From assembly GCA_963977015.1 (NCBI GenBank), contig CAXBMO010000007.1:128001-192000 (forward strand): a stretch of 64,000 nucleotides of DNA, read 5' to 3'. The stretch comes from an uncultured bacterium. GTDB taxonomy: Bacteria; Verrucomicrobiota; Verrucomicrobiia; Verrucomicrobiales; DEV007. Both the position numbers and the translations under genes were made by a program. The notes under the pieces are model-generated. The model saw only the letters and a list, made by a program, of their open reading frames with translations, was not told where the DNA came from and searched no databases. Of the stretch, positions 29,625-40,513 are shown piece by piece. Position 1 is the first letter of the stretch. Each line of letters opens with the position of its first letter.

Positions 29625-30413
29625 ATGGAGTTGATCGATACGCACGCTCATCTCGCCAGCGCGAGAATTCGGAACGAAACCGAAGTGCTGTTGAAACGCG
29701 CCGCAGAGGCGGACGTTGGCCGAATCATCACGATTGGAACGGATACCGAGGACAGCCTCGAAAACACCAGGCTCGCCGCAACCCACGATTCCGTTTTTGC
29801 CACAGTTGGCGTTCACCCCACTTCCGTTCATGAAGTTGGGGAGAACTGGCTGAGCGAGATTCGCGAACTCGCAGCCAAACCCAAAGTCGTTGCGATCGGC
29901 GAAGCTGGTCTGGACTATTTTCATCCTCCTCAGGATGGCAGCCCCGAGCCAGAATGGCGGGCTCGCCAAGCCTCATTTTTCCGTCAACAACTGGATCTGG
30001 CCGTTGAACTCGACCTTCCGATTGTCATTCATCAGAGAGAATCGAGTGAGGACGTGCTCGCGATCATGCAGGATTACGTTGGCAAAGTTCGCGCCGTTTT
30101 TCACTGCTACGTCGGTCCGGTTGAAGAAGCCAGGGAGCTTTGCGATCTCGGTTTTCACCTGTCTTTCACCGGTGTCGCCACTTACAAGAACGCGGCAGAG
30201 GTGGCGGAATGCGCCGCATGGGTTCCTCTGGAAAAGATGATGGTGGAAACGGACAGCCCGTTTCTCGCTCCGGTTCCCAAGCGAGGAAAAACCAACGAAC
30301 CCTCGTTCGTGCGCCACACCGCCGCCTTTATCGCGGAAAAACGTGGAATGACGTTGGCCGAGTTCGCTGACGCGACGACGAAGACGGCGATCGACTTTTT
30401 TCGTCTCAATTGA
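29625..30413 (+). CDS. TatD-family hydrolase (YcfH-like)
   Basis: IDTHAHL, GVHP, AIGEAGLDY, IHQRE, FHCY, ETDSPFLAP, NEPS. Confidence 0.92.
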   Translation: MELIDTHAHLASARIRNETEVLLKRAAEADVGRIITIGTDTEDSLENTRLAATHDSVFATVGVHPTSVHEVGENWLSEIRELAAKPKVVAIGEAGLDYFHPPQDGSPEPEWRARQASFFRQQLDLAVELDLPIVIHQRESSEDVLAIMQDYVGKVRAVFHCYVGPVEEARELCDLGFHLSFTGVATYKNAAEVAECAAWVPLEKMMVETDSPFLAPVPKRGKTNEPSFVRHTAAFIAEKRGMTLAEFADATTKTAIDFFRLN

Positions 30414-31446
30414 CGGGCGCAGCTTGAAGGCTTTCCCAAGTCTTGTCTTTCAGCTGGCCGTGGCAGATTTCGCGAATTTCCCCGCCGTCATCCAATTCCA
30501 CGAATCGAGCGATCACGCCTTCAGCCAGCGGACCTGAATTCGCGCCCATCACACTCAACGCCGTCGCCATGCTGTCACTGGTGGTGGCATTGGGGGCAAG
30601 AACGCTGACACTCTTTCGATCCGTCAGTCCGAGTCCGGTCGCAGGATCCACAATGTGGGAATAGCGTTTCCCTCCGAGAATCACGAATTGCTGGGTGTCT
30701 CCTGAAGTCGAAATTCCACAATTGCGAACCACGAGGAAGCGGTCGGGTTCGTGAGGTGAGGCGACACTGCTCAACCCCACGGTCCAACCACGCTTCTTTG
30801 GTGGCGCTTCGCCAATGGCCAAATCGCCACTCGCCGCGACCAGGGATTGGGGGAACCCTCGTTCGCGTAAAATCGCGAGGGCCTCATCCGCGGCATACCC
30901 TTTCGCGATTCCTCCCAAATCGAGCCGCATCCCCTCCACTTCCAGCGAAGCGGTTCCATCATCATTGATCTTGAGAAACTGATACCCGGTCCTGGAAAAC
31001 GCCTCCTCCAGCTTTTCCGGGGTCGGAAGCCGTCCCAAGCGATGCGATTGACGCCACAATCTGACGAGTGGCCCAATCGTCGGATCGAACCTCCCTTCCG
31101 TTTGATGAGCCAGATCCCAACTCAGCCGCAGAATCTCGTGAAGCTCCGGAGTCAGCCTGGTCGCCACACCAACCGGTCCCCGGCAAAATCGAAGCAACTC
31201 GCTCTCCGGATCGTAGTCGGAAAAAATGGAATTGAGTTGGTGAACTCTCTGATACGCAGCCTGGGCCGCGGCTTCTGCCTCGATCGGGTCCGTCCCGTAA
31301 ATCCTGATCGAAAATATGGTCCCCATCGCTGGTTCCTTGAATTCGAAAAGCCTGATTTCCGCATTCTCCCCTGCCCCAACCAGAGTACCGCCAAAAAAGA
31401 ACGCGGCTGCAAGAACCGTGATCGTCCTGCAGCCGCGCTTGGTCAA
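30406..31446 (-). CDS. apbE: FAD:protein FMN transferase (ApbE family)
   Basis: AMGT, FDPTIGPL, LDLGGIAKGYAAD, STSGD, YSHIVDP, DSMATA. Confidence 0.92.
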   Translation of the reverse strand: MTKRGCRTITVLAAAFFFGGTLVGAGENAEIRLFEFKEPAMGTIFSIRIYGTDPIEAEAAAQAAYQRVHQLNSIFSDYDPESELLRFCRGPVGVATRLTPELHEILRLSWDLAHQTEGRFDPTIGPLVRLWRQSHRLGRLPTPEKLEEAFSRTGYQFLKINDDGTASLEVEGMRLDLGGIAKGYAADEALAILRERGFPQSLVAASGDLAIGEAPPKKRGWTVGLSSVASPHEPDRFLVVRNCGISTSGDTQQFVILGGKRYSHIVDPATGLGLTDRKSVSVLAPNATTSDSMATALSVMGANSGPLAEGVIARFVELDDGGEIREICHGQLKDKTWESLQAAPVN

Positions 31447-31459
31447 AATCGTATTCCTC

Positions 31460-33019
31460 TTAGGATTCGTTCTCTTCGCCCTTACCCGAGTTCCAAATCT
31501 CCGACATTTTCGGAGTTGGAGGAACCTTCAAAGGCCGGACCAGACGGAAACCTAGCCACTCGGCGTCGGTGTGATACCAAATGCTCTTGGGCAGTTGTGG
31601 ATCCTGGGTTTTCCAAGCCGCTTCCGACTTAAAGCGAGCTGCGCTTCGGCAGTATTCCGGATCGTCATACCAACTTCCACCCCGGGACACCCGCGGATAG
31701 AGATCCTTGCCCGGCTTGTTGTAAGGTGCCAGGACCGGGTCGCCCTTCATCGTGTCGTAGAAATTCTCGTCGTAGCGATCGAGAACCCACTCCAAAACGT
31801 TTCCGTGCATATCGTGCAAGCCCCAGGGATTTGGCTTCTTCTGGCCGACCTTCTGATACTTGTCGTCGGCGTTCCCATAATACCAGGCATACTCATCAAT
31901 CTTCTTGGGATCATCTCCCCAACTGAAGGCGGTCGTGGTTCCGGCACGGCAGGCATACTCCCACTCGGCTTCCGTCGGAAGGCGATAGTAATGGCCGGTC
32001 TGGGCACTCAACCACTGGCAGAATTTCAAGGCAGCGTGATGAGTCATGCTGATGGCCGGGTAGCCGTGAATTCCCATGCCAAAGCTCATCTCCGTGTAGG
32101 GTGAGGTCGGCTTGCTGACGACAAAAGCGGGATCCGCATCAGCAGGGACATTTTCGGGGCTACCGTCTTTGCGCCGGGCATCCTCAGTGATCATGAACGG
32201 CTCATATTCATCCCAGGTCACCTCAAACTTGCCCATCCAGAAGGGCTCGATCTTGACCTTTTTCTGGGGACCTTCGTCTTCGAAACGTCCCTCTTCAGAT
32301 TCAGGGCTTCCCATCATGAATTCGCCACCGGGGATGGGAACCATGGTGTATTCTGCGCCGGTCAACGGAATCGCCGCCGTGTATTCCTTCATCTCGCCCT
32401 CGCTCTTCTCGGTCGAAACTTCGAGGATCTTCTCGCGAATGCTCTTCACAAGCTCGGCATCGTCCTTCGGGCCTTCGGGCTCCGGTCCACCCAGCGTCAC
32501 GCCTTCGGGCCAAACAGCACCTTGGCTTGCCCAGAGTCGAATCTGACCCAGTTCCGTCGCATTGAAGGGACCTCCGCGACGAAGAAGCGGTTCGATATTG
32601 GTCTTGAACCGCATCCGGGGTTGCTCAACAAGAACAAGATCTTCCGGCCATTCGGCGCCTTCTTCGATCCAGACTTTGAGCACATCCTGCTGAGCTTTCG
32701 TCAACGCGCCCTCTTTCTCAGGCGGCATTGCCAGATCTCCTTCATCAGGATCCTTGGGATCAATGGTCGTCGTCCAGTAAACCGAACTGTCATTTGGATC
32801 CCCAGGCGTCACGCCTGGATTGTCGCCATTGGCCTCAAATGCCGCCATTTTCGTATCCAACCGAACATCTCCTTCCGACTTGTCGGGGCCATGACAATGA
32901 ATGCAGGTGCCTTCAAGGATCGGTTTCACGTCGCGAACAAAGTCGACCTTGTTAGCCGCTTGTCCGGACGACACGGCGAAAAACAGTAAAGCAAGCAAGA
33001 GGTTTACAGAAGTTTTCAT
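31460..33019 (-). CDS. Planctomycete-type cytochrome c domain + FGE/SUMF1-like domain protein
   Basis: VDFVRDVKPIL..CIHCHG; IPGGEFMMGS, RLPTEAEWEYACRAG, NPWGLHDMHGNVLEW, RGGSW, GFRLV. Confidence 0.9.
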   Translation of the reverse strand: MKTSVNLLLALLFFAVSSGQAANKVDFVRDVKPILEGTCIHCHGPDKSEGDVRLDTKMAAFEANGDNPGVTPGDPNDSSVYWTTTIDPKDPDEGDLAMPPEKEGALTKAQQDVLKVWIEEGAEWPEDLVLVEQPRMRFKTNIEPLLRRGGPFNATELGQIRLWASQGAVWPEGVTLGGPEPEGPKDDAELVKSIREKILEVSTEKSEGEMKEYTAAIPLTGAEYTMVPIPGGEFMMGSPESEEGRFEDEGPQKKVKIEPFWMGKFEVTWDEYEPFMITEDARRKDGSPENVPADADPAFVVSKPTSPYTEMSFGMGIHGYPAISMTHHAALKFCQWLSAQTGHYYRLPTEAEWEYACRAGTTTAFSWGDDPKKIDEYAWYYGNADDKYQKVGQKKPNPWGLHDMHGNVLEWVLDRYDENFYDTMKGDPVLAPYNKPGKDLYPRVSRGGSWYDDPEYCRSAARFKSEAAWKTQDPQLPKSIWYHTDAEWLGFRLVRPLKVPPTPKMSEIWNSGKGEENES

Positions 33020-33086
33020 AAAGAGGAAGGGCGGATCTTAAAACGAAATCGCTTCAGAGCAATTCGCTTTCTAGGCTATTTCCCGA

Positions 33087-33110
33087 ATTTTGGTCTGGAG
33101 GGACCAAAAT
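33087..33110. terminator. Hairpin downstream of plsX (possible terminator)
   Basis: attttggtc-tggagg-gaccaaaat 9-bp inverted repeat. Confidence 0.4.
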
Positions 33111-33115
33111 AGCAG

Positions 33116-34120
33116 TTAGATCCGAAGTTTGGCAATTTCCTCTTCAATGTGAGGATTCACATGGTGGGCAACCGCTTCTGCCGCGACCCGAATCGCGTTC
33201 ATGATCGCGACTTCGTTGCTCGAACCATGGCCAATGATCGATACTCCCCCAACGCCAAGGAGCGGACTTCCTCCAACGGTGTCGTAACTGGTCCGTTTCT
33301 TGACCTGGGAAAACGCCGACTTAGCCATCAAACCACCGATCATGGTCATCGGATTGGCCTGAACTGCCTCGCGAATGTATTTGCTGACCATTTTGGCGGT
33401 CGCTTCGCAACTCTTGAGAATGATGTTGCCAACAAACCCATCGCAAACCGTAACGTGAAGGCGTTTGGCAAACAAATCGTGCCCTTCGACGTTTCCAATA
33501 AAATTTAGATCGGCCTCCTTCAGGAGCGCAAACACCTCTTTCGTAAAATCGGTCCCTTTTTCGTCCTCTTCACCAACCGACATCAAGCCGATTACCGGTC
33601 TGGAAATTCCCTGCACATGCTTGGCGTAAACCGTGCCCATGATGGCGTAATGGACCAAATGCAGGGCTTTGGCATGAACGTTGGCACCCGCATCGAGGAT
33701 GTTGTTGGGTCCATGCTCGTTGGGAAGTGGCGAAGCAATCCCTGGCATTTCCACGCCTTCCAGGCTTCGCAACTTAATCCGGGAAGCGGCGACCATCGCC
33801 CCGGTATTTCCCGCGCTGACAACCGCTTGAGCCGTTTTCGACTTCACCAGGTCGACGGCCACACTCATCGAGGACTTCTTCTTCTGACGGACAGCTTTTA
33901 GACCAGACTCGCCCATCTCCACCGTTTCAGGGGCATGAACGATCTCAAACTTCGCATCCGCGATGTTTGCGGCCTGCAGTTCCGCTTCAAGAAGCTTCTC
34001 GTCTCCAACCAAGTAGATGCGCTTGATCCTTGGAAACGCATCCAGAGCCATTGCCGCACCGGCAATGGTTACCCGAGGAGCAAGATCCCCCCCCATGGCG
34101 TCGAGAGCGATTTTCACCAC
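33116..34120 (-). CDS. plsX: Phosphate acyltransferase PlsX
   Basis: IALDAMGGD, VSAGNTGA, LDAGAN, GEEDEKG, GNVEG, CDGFVGN, GHGSS. Confidence 0.97.
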   Translation of the reverse strand: MVKIALDAMGGDLAPRVTIAGAAMALDAFPRIKRIYLVGDEKLLEAELQAANIADAKFEIVHAPETVEMGESGLKAVRQKKKSSMSVAVDLVKSKTAQAVVSAGNTGAMVAASRIKLRSLEGVEMPGIASPLPNEHGPNNILDAGANVHAKALHLVHYAIMGTVYAKHVQGISRPVIGLMSVGEEDEKGTDFTKEVFALLKEADLNFIGNVEGHDLFAKRLHVTVCDGFVGNIILKSCEATAKMVSKYIREAVQANPMTMIGGLMAKSAFSQVKKRTSYDTVGGSPLLGVGGVSIIGHGSSNEVAIMNAIRVAAEAVAHHVNPHIEEEIAKLRI

Positions 34121-34165
34121 GATTGGTCGATGACTTCTAGTGGAAAAGCCATCTGAATGTGCGGT

Positions 34166-34351
34166 CTAGATGTCGAGATCGACTTCCATGACCTGACGAT
34201 CACGGTAATGGCCGCACGATGGGCAGGCAATGTGCCCGGGTTTTGCGCTTCCACACTCGGAGCAGGTTTGGAAATTCGGAGCATGCCAACGATTGGCGGC
34301 TCGGCGCATACGCTTTTTCGACTTAGAGGTTCTTCGCTTTGGAACAGCCAT
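34166..34351 (-). CDS. rpmF: 50S ribosomal protein L32 (Zn-ribbon form)
   Basis: MAVPKRRTSKSKKRMRR, CSEC...CPSCG. Confidence 0.97.
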   Translation of the reverse strand: MAVPKRRTSKSKKRMRRAANRWHAPNFQTCSECGSAKPGHIACPSCGHYRDRQVMEVDLDI

Positions 34352-34393
34352 GGGACTTAAATTTGAATCTTCGGGTCTCGGATTAAGTGTGCC

Positions 34394-34876
34394 TCAGTCG
34401 CGCTGAGGCTTAAATCCCTTCAAATCCGCCCAAGAATCCCGGTTTCCAGGCTCAGCACCGTCTTCGGCGCTTTCACTTGGTTCCTCTGGCTTTTCGAACT
34501 TCCCCGACATTGGGCAATCCTTGGGAGGACTACCTTGCTCACAATGAGGGTGGATCGGAAGGGCGAGGAGAATATCCTCACGAATCGAATCCGTCAAGTC
34601 GATGGTTGCACGCCCTTCAATTGGCTCGTTAAAGATGCAATCTGGAAGCGAGACTTCCTGAACGAATGGATCCAAACAGCGAACGCACCTGGTTTGAAAG
34701 CGGGTTGACACCGATCCCTGTACCAAAAGGGTGCCGGAAACCAACGAAACGAAAAAATCATAGGAAATTGGTCCCTCCAATTTCAGATCTTTGTCGTCTA
34801 AGTGGAAGATATCCTCTTCGATTTGGCCCGCCAATCGGACGCCATCTTCCGGAATTTCTCGAATCTCGATGATCAT
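34394..34876 (-). CDS. yceD: YceD/DUF177 family protein
   Basis: CVRCL, IDL...IREDILLALP..P.C...C; canonical position upstream of rpmF. Confidence 0.9.
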   Translation of the reverse strand: MIIEIREIPEDGVRLAGQIEEDIFHLDDKDLKLEGPISYDFFVSLVSGTLLVQGSVSTRFQTRCVRCLDPFVQEVSLPDCIFNEPIEGRATIDLTDSIREDILLALPIHPHCEQGSPPKDCPMSGKFEKPEEPSESAEDGAEPGNRDSWADLKGFKPQRD

Positions 34877-34912
34877 CGTGTTAGTTTAAACAAGTCGGTC
34901 TTTTTAATCCAC

Positions 34913-35518
<606 letters not shown>

Positions 35519-35560
35519 GTTCCTCAAGCGAGGCGGCACCGAATTGCCGCCAAACGCCCT

Positions 35561-35761
35561 TCACGAATCCTCCTCGTGGCCGTTCCCCAGATTGTCGAAC
35601 TGGTCCATCGCCTCGATGAACCCTTGAGCCCCGAGAACGAGAAGCAACGGAAGCGCCTGGGTTACCGCAATAATTTCGGGAACTTCGAGGTCGAATTCCA
35701 ATTCTAAACGGCGGCATTGTCCCACCAATTCATTAAGGGCTGCAATCTGATTCTTGTTCAT
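35561..35761 (-). CDS. Small hypothetical protein
   Basis: 66-aa ATG ORF with protein-like composition, below an AT-rich spacer. Confidence 0.45.
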   Translation of the reverse strand: MNKNQIAALNELVGQCRRLELEFDLEVPEIIAVTQALPLLLVLGAQGFIEAMDQFDNLGNGHEEDS

Positions 35762-35993
35762 CGTCCAAATTATGAGGAGGTTGAATTCTTAGACAGCCCT
35801 AACATGCTAACAATTCACATAACCAAAGAACTTTTGGTAATGGCCTACGTCAAACGTGATCATAGACGTTCGAAGACGCGGAACTTTTTTTCGTACTTGG
35901 AAAAGGCCGGGGTGCGCACCTCTGGCGAAGGATGCCGGACCGGTTGCCGATTTCACGATTTTTTCCTGAATGGAGAAGCCCGTTGGGGATTTG

Positions 35994-37928
35994 TCACTTC
36001 AGGCTTCGATAATCTCCCTGTCGCACCGTAATTCCCTCCGCGTCGAATCGTTCGAGAATCGGCATCAGAATCCTCCGCGAGGTTCCGACAATCTGTCGAA
36101 GTTCGCTTGCTGTTGCCTTCCCCGCACTTTGAAGATGCTCAACCACGACAGCCTTAATTTTCTCATAGCCAGCCGCCGAAATCACCGTCTTCGGATCAAG
36201 GGAAATGGCTTCGCCGACCTGAATCAGGAAATTGAGTGCCTTTTCTTCTCCTTGGTTGGTCGCAATCTCGGCCTTGTTGGGAGGCTGAAGCACGTCCTCA
36301 CCAAGGATCTTGCGAACCGCTTCTCCCGCCTGCTTGAGATCGGGCGGCAGCGTCGGCAAATGATCGCGATGCCGGATGTTGGGACCAGCTTTTGCATATT
36401 CCCCCGAGAGAAGACCGTCCAGAATGACCTCAAACAGCTTCTTCTGTGGCAAGTCCTCTTCTACGGCACTCCGCAGATCGCGAATCGGTAGCCCCGGCAA
36501 TTCGGGATTCTCAGAATGCACCTGCCGAACCATCTTTCCCGCCCGCTCCGATACCTTGGTCCACCACTCTCGATCGAAGACCCAATTCCCACTCTGCGCC
36601 AACTTTCCAGCCTCGGTGAGTGACTGAACCCTTTCCGAAATTTCTACCGCGCTGAATCTGGATTTGCGGAGCAACTTCGATTTGGAAACCGCCTGGTCAC
36701 GAATCAACTGCGAAAGGACGAGGGTTTCCAAATCATCCGGATTCGCGGCGCGAGCTTCGAGGAAGGCGCCCTGCCAAGGCTTGCGAAACATCCGTCGATT
36801 GGCATCCTCATCCAGCACCACACCACCGGCAAGCGTGACGCCGAGCGAAGGATCGCGGAGCACAAACCGGTCGCCCACGAAGACAAAAATCGGCTCGGCA
36901 AATCGCAGTTCCGCCAGCACGCTTTCACCGGGACCCAAGTTCTTGGCGTTCAGAAAATGAACCCTCGTATCGAAACTCGCACTGCCATAGTGAAATCGAA
37001 CCTGCCGTCCCGTCTTCAAAGGTTTGGGAGCCGGCTGACCATGCACTTCGCGATTCGATTTTTCCAACAGCACGTCGATGCTCAAAACGGCATCGCCCAG
37101 GTTCGGTTCCGTCAGCACGTTGCCCCGCGCGATGCCTTCCGTGCCTCGTGCCGCAACGCCAACTCCCGTAAGGTTCAAGGCGGTCCGGGTGCCGGGAGGA
37201 ACCTCGTCTTGGTTTGCGGAATGTGACTGCACATTGCGGACGTTGGCGCTCAGCCCCTTGGGCTGAACCACGAGTTCCTTCCCCGCCGCAATCACACCAT
37301 CCGTCAGGGTGCCGGTCACCACAGTTCCAACGCCTTTGGGGGAGAAAACCCGATCCACCGGCAATCTCGGCTTCCCACAATCAACCACCGAAGGTGCCTC
37401 CGTAAAAATCCGCGCAATCTCGTTCCGCAATTCCTCGATTCCCAAGCCAGTGTGCGAAGATGTCGGAATCACCGGCACGTCTTCCCAAACGCCTCCGGTG
37501 AGATGGTCCGCAATGTCTTCCAGGACCAATTCCAAATCGTCGACCAGATCGACTTTGGTCAACGCAACAATCGCTCTGGGAACCTTCAGATAGTTCAGAA
37601 TCTGGTAGTGCTCCTCGGTTTGCGGCATCCAGCCGTCGTCTGCCGCGATGATGAACAAGGCCAGATCGATCGACCCAACGCCAGCCACCATGTTCTTGAC
37701 GAAATCAGCGTGGCCGGGCACATCGATTACCCCAATTGCCAATTCATCGCCCGATTCATCGATCGTTGGCAAAAGTAAATTCGCGAATCCCAATTCGATC
37801 GTCATTCCCCGGGCTTTTTCCTCGGGCAAACGATCGGGGTTGGTTCCCGTCAGTGCCTGAACCAGCGAACTCTTGCCATGATCAATGTGGCCGGCGGTTC
37901 CAAGAATGAAATGTCGGGATTCAGGCAT
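35994..37928 (-). CDS. selB: Selenocysteine-specific translation elongation factor
   Basis: GTAGHIDHGKS, DRLPEEKARGMTIELGF, DVPGHADFVKNMVAG, RLPVDRVF; 644 aa with C-terminal winged-helix (SRRILMPILERFD). Confidence 0.95.
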   Translation of the reverse strand: MPESRHFILGTAGHIDHGKSSLVQALTGTNPDRLPEEKARGMTIELGFANLLLPTIDESGDELAIGVIDVPGHADFVKNMVAGVGSIDLALFIIAADDGWMPQTEEHYQILNYLKVPRAIVALTKVDLVDDLELVLEDIADHLTGGVWEDVPVIPTSSHTGLGIEELRNEIARIFTEAPSVVDCGKPRLPVDRVFSPKGVGTVVTGTLTDGVIAAGKELVVQPKGLSANVRNVQSHSANQDEVPPGTRTALNLTGVGVAARGTEGIARGNVLTEPNLGDAVLSIDVLLEKSNREVHGQPAPKPLKTGRQVRFHYGSASFDTRVHFLNAKNLGPGESVLAELRFAEPIFVFVGDRFVLRDPSLGVTLAGGVVLDEDANRRMFRKPWQGAFLEARAANPDDLETLVLSQLIRDQAVSKSKLLRKSRFSAVEISERVQSLTEAGKLAQSGNWVFDREWWTKVSERAGKMVRQVHSENPELPGLPIRDLRSAVEEDLPQKKLFEVILDGLLSGEYAKAGPNIRHRDHLPTLPPDLKQAGEAVRKILGEDVLQPPNKAEIATNQGEEKALNFLIQVGEAISLDPKTVISAAGYEKIKAVVVEHLQSAGKATASELRQIVGTSRRILMPILERFDAEGITVRQGDYRSLK

Positions 37929-37949
37929 GATGGGATCTCAGTGGTGACG

Positions 37950-39731
37950 CTATCGCCGCAACCATTGGCGAAGATAGGACGAAAACAAATCACTGGCGAG
38001 AATGACCGACGCCGCAACCAGCACATAGAAGAACATTTCGTCCCAGAAAAAGCCTTTCGAAAGCGCAATGAGCTTCCCCAGGGTCAATAAACCAAGCATC
38101 CCCAGAACGGTGGCGTCCTTCACACAGGTTTCCCAACGGTAGAAAAAGTAGATCAGGAACCGGCTGAAAATCGCCGGAAAAAGAACCACCCCGAACACCT
38201 GAAATCGTCCCGCTCCAGAGCTGAGGGACTGCTCTGCCGCCGCGAGGTCTGCATTCTCAACGACCTCCCCCCACAAACGGCCCAGAATCCCGAAATTATG
38301 GATCGCGAGCGCGAGAACCAAAGGCCAGACCTGGAGACCCAACAGGGAAATCAACAAATAGGCCAGAATGTATTCCGGAATCGCCCGGCTCAGGACAAAG
38401 AGAAACCGCGTCCCATTCCCGAGAACGCTCCACAGCCGCTTCATCCATGCCGGAACCCTCCCCGCCCAGATGTCCGCAGGATTGGCCCGGGCCAACTGGC
38501 GGCTCGCCAACGGAAGGACAGGGAGAACCAACGCGCTGGAGAGGATAATCGCCGAACTCGCGATTCCGAGCGTGGTGAACAACGCGACACCACCTCCATC
38601 CATTAACAAATCCCAGCCCCATGGTATCGCGTCGAACCAGTTTCCACTGTCGCGAACCGGAGCCGGAACGAGTTCCGCAACGAAATTCTGAAAATTGGTC
38701 CAGCGACGCTCTGCGGAAAGCCGACCCAGCAAATTCCCGCCCGTCGTCCAGGCCAGCCCGATGGAAAGGAGCGTCCCGATGCCGACCCAACTCAAAAACG
38801 AATCGCGCGGGCGCGTCTTCCGCAAGTTCTCAACGCGTTGCGCTCGATCGGCAAAAACGGCTCCCGATTCCACTTCGCCTCCCCCATCCTCCGGATCCTG
38901 GAGCCGTTTGCGAATTGCCGCCCCCAACCGATCCACGATCACGATCAAAATGAGCAGGAGGTAAAAATACGTCCAGACTTCCCGATAGTAGAATTCCTCG
39001 TGCGATAACTGGATGTAGAGCCCAATCGTCTCGATTCCGACGAATCCCAGTACCGCCGAGGCTCGCAACGCGCATTCAAAGCGGTAAAAACTGTAGGTGA
39101 TGAGATTGGGAAGCGCCTTGGGCAACACGCCCAGCAAAAAGGTCTGAACGGGACCGTGACCGGTGGCCTTGAGGGCGAAAGCAGCCTCCTGAGCTTCCTC
39201 ATCAACCAACTCCGAGAACACTTTGCCCAAAGTTCCCGCAAACGGAATGGCCAACGCGACCATCCCCGCCAACGGCGATACCCCCAAAGCCGACAGGATC
39301 AACAACGCCCAGATCAACTCGTGGATTGACCGTGCGAGGCTCATCACAAATCGACAGACCAGAAACCCCACTTCCAGAACGAGCTTCGTTTTTCTGCCAC
39401 ACGGCTCCGGCCACCACGCCTTCGAACCGAAGAATCCCAGGATCAGCGCCACGGGAATCGCGAGACTCATCGCCGCAACGGCATAACGCAGCGTCATCAG
39501 CAGCCCCTTCACCGCTTTCCACAAAATCGGATCGGCGGAATCCGGAACATTGGCATCCTGATACTCGAAAGCGGGATGCAACGCCGCATGAAAAAACTTG
39601 CCCGCCCGACTCCAGTGCTCCGCATCAGGCGGAATCAGCCCCGCAGGTGTCAACCCCAACGCAAACGCACAGACCGCAAACACGGTCGCAATGCCGAGAA
39701 CCACCCAACGCCGTGATCCGCGAAGACTCAT
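37950..39731 (-). CDS. PhnE/PtxC-family ABC permease with two fused permease domains
   Basis: RSIHELIWAL...YRFECALR repeated as RAIPEYILA...YRWETCVK. Confidence 0.88.
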   Translation of the reverse strand: MSLRGSRRWVVLGIATVFAVCAFALGLTPAGLIPPDAEHWSRAGKFFHAALHPAFEYQDANVPDSADPILWKAVKGLLMTLRYAVAAMSLAIPVALILGFFGSKAWWPEPCGRKTKLVLEVGFLVCRFVMSLARSIHELIWALLILSALGVSPLAGMVALAIPFAGTLGKVFSELVDEEAQEAAFALKATGHGPVQTFLLGVLPKALPNLITYSFYRFECALRASAVLGFVGIETIGLYIQLSHEEFYYREVWTYFYLLLILIVIVDRLGAAIRKRLQDPEDGGGEVESGAVFADRAQRVENLRKTRPRDSFLSWVGIGTLLSIGLAWTTGGNLLGRLSAERRWTNFQNFVAELVPAPVRDSGNWFDAIPWGWDLLMDGGGVALFTTLGIASSAIILSSALVLPVLPLASRQLARANPADIWAGRVPAWMKRLWSVLGNGTRFLFVLSRAIPEYILAYLLISLLGLQVWPLVLALAIHNFGILGRLWGEVVENADLAAAEQSLSSGAGRFQVFGVVLFPAIFSRFLIYFFYRWETCVKDATVLGMLGLLTLGKLIALSKGFFWDEMFFYVLVAASVILASDLFSSYLRQWLRR

Positions 39732-40501
39732 GCGTCCTCCATCATTTCCTCAACACTCAATTCGTAGAGCTGCCTCAAATCGTCTTCACCCATCTCCTCG
39801 GGAGCAGCATCGAGGATCAGTTTGCCCCCTCGCAACCCCACAATTCGGGGAAAATACTCCCGGGCCAGCTCCAAATTGTGCAGACTCATGCAGAGCGTGA
39901 ACTTTCGCTCTTTGGAAAGCTCGCAAAGCAGCTTCACGGTATCACGGGCCCGAGCAGGATCGACGCTAGACACCGGTTCATCAGCCAAAATCGCCTCCGC
40001 TCCCTGAAACAGGGCCCGGGCAATCGCCACCCGCTGCTGCTGCCCTCCCGAGAGCCGGTCGGTGCGCTGATACAGCTTCTCCTCGATCCCAACTCGTTCC
40101 AGAATGGAATGAATCGCCAGCCGATCTTCCTCCGTGGGAACCAAAATATCGCGGAGAGAGCGAAACGTTCCCCGCTCGCCGCCTCGCCCCAGGATCACAT
40201 TCTGAATCACCCTCAGACCTCCAACCAACCCCAGGTTCTGGGGAATGAAGGCAATTCGAGACCGAAGTTGCCTCAACTGCCCCGGGCTGAATCCCGACAC
40301 TTCATTTCCAAAGACCGAGACCGTTCCCGTCTGCGGTGCGCGAATCGTATTCAGAGCCCGGAGAAGCGTCGTTTTGCCTCCGCCGCTGGGGCCGATCAGG
40401 GCAATTTTTTCGCCCTGATCGACCCGCAAACTGACGGAGTCGACCGCGAGTAACTCGCCAAACCGGCAGGTTACATTTTGAAGCTCAAACGCGGCCGCCA
40501 T
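39728..40501 (-). CDS. PhnC-family ABC ATP-binding protein
   Basis: GPSGGGKT, LSGGQQQRVAIARAL, LADEPVSSVDP, SLH. Confidence 0.92.
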   Translation of the reverse strand: MAAAFELQNVTCRFGELLAVDSVSLRVDQGEKIALIGPSGGGKTTLLRALNTIRAPQTGTVSVFGNEVSGFSPGQLRQLRSRIAFIPQNLGLVGGLRVIQNVILGRGGERGTFRSLRDILVPTEEDRLAIHSILERVGIEEKLYQRTDRLSGGQQQRVAIARALFQGAEAILADEPVSSVDPARARDTVKLLCELSKERKFTLCMSLHNLELAREYFPRIVGLRGGKLILDAAPEEMGEDDLRQLYELSVEEMMEDA

Positions 40502-40513
40502 TCAGAAAATGGC

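Noticed and set aside
35762-35993. AT-rich spacer downstream of selB as a possible selC or ncRNA
   Set aside because: Only short hairpins (accaaa-gaac-ttttggt); no tRNA-Sec features
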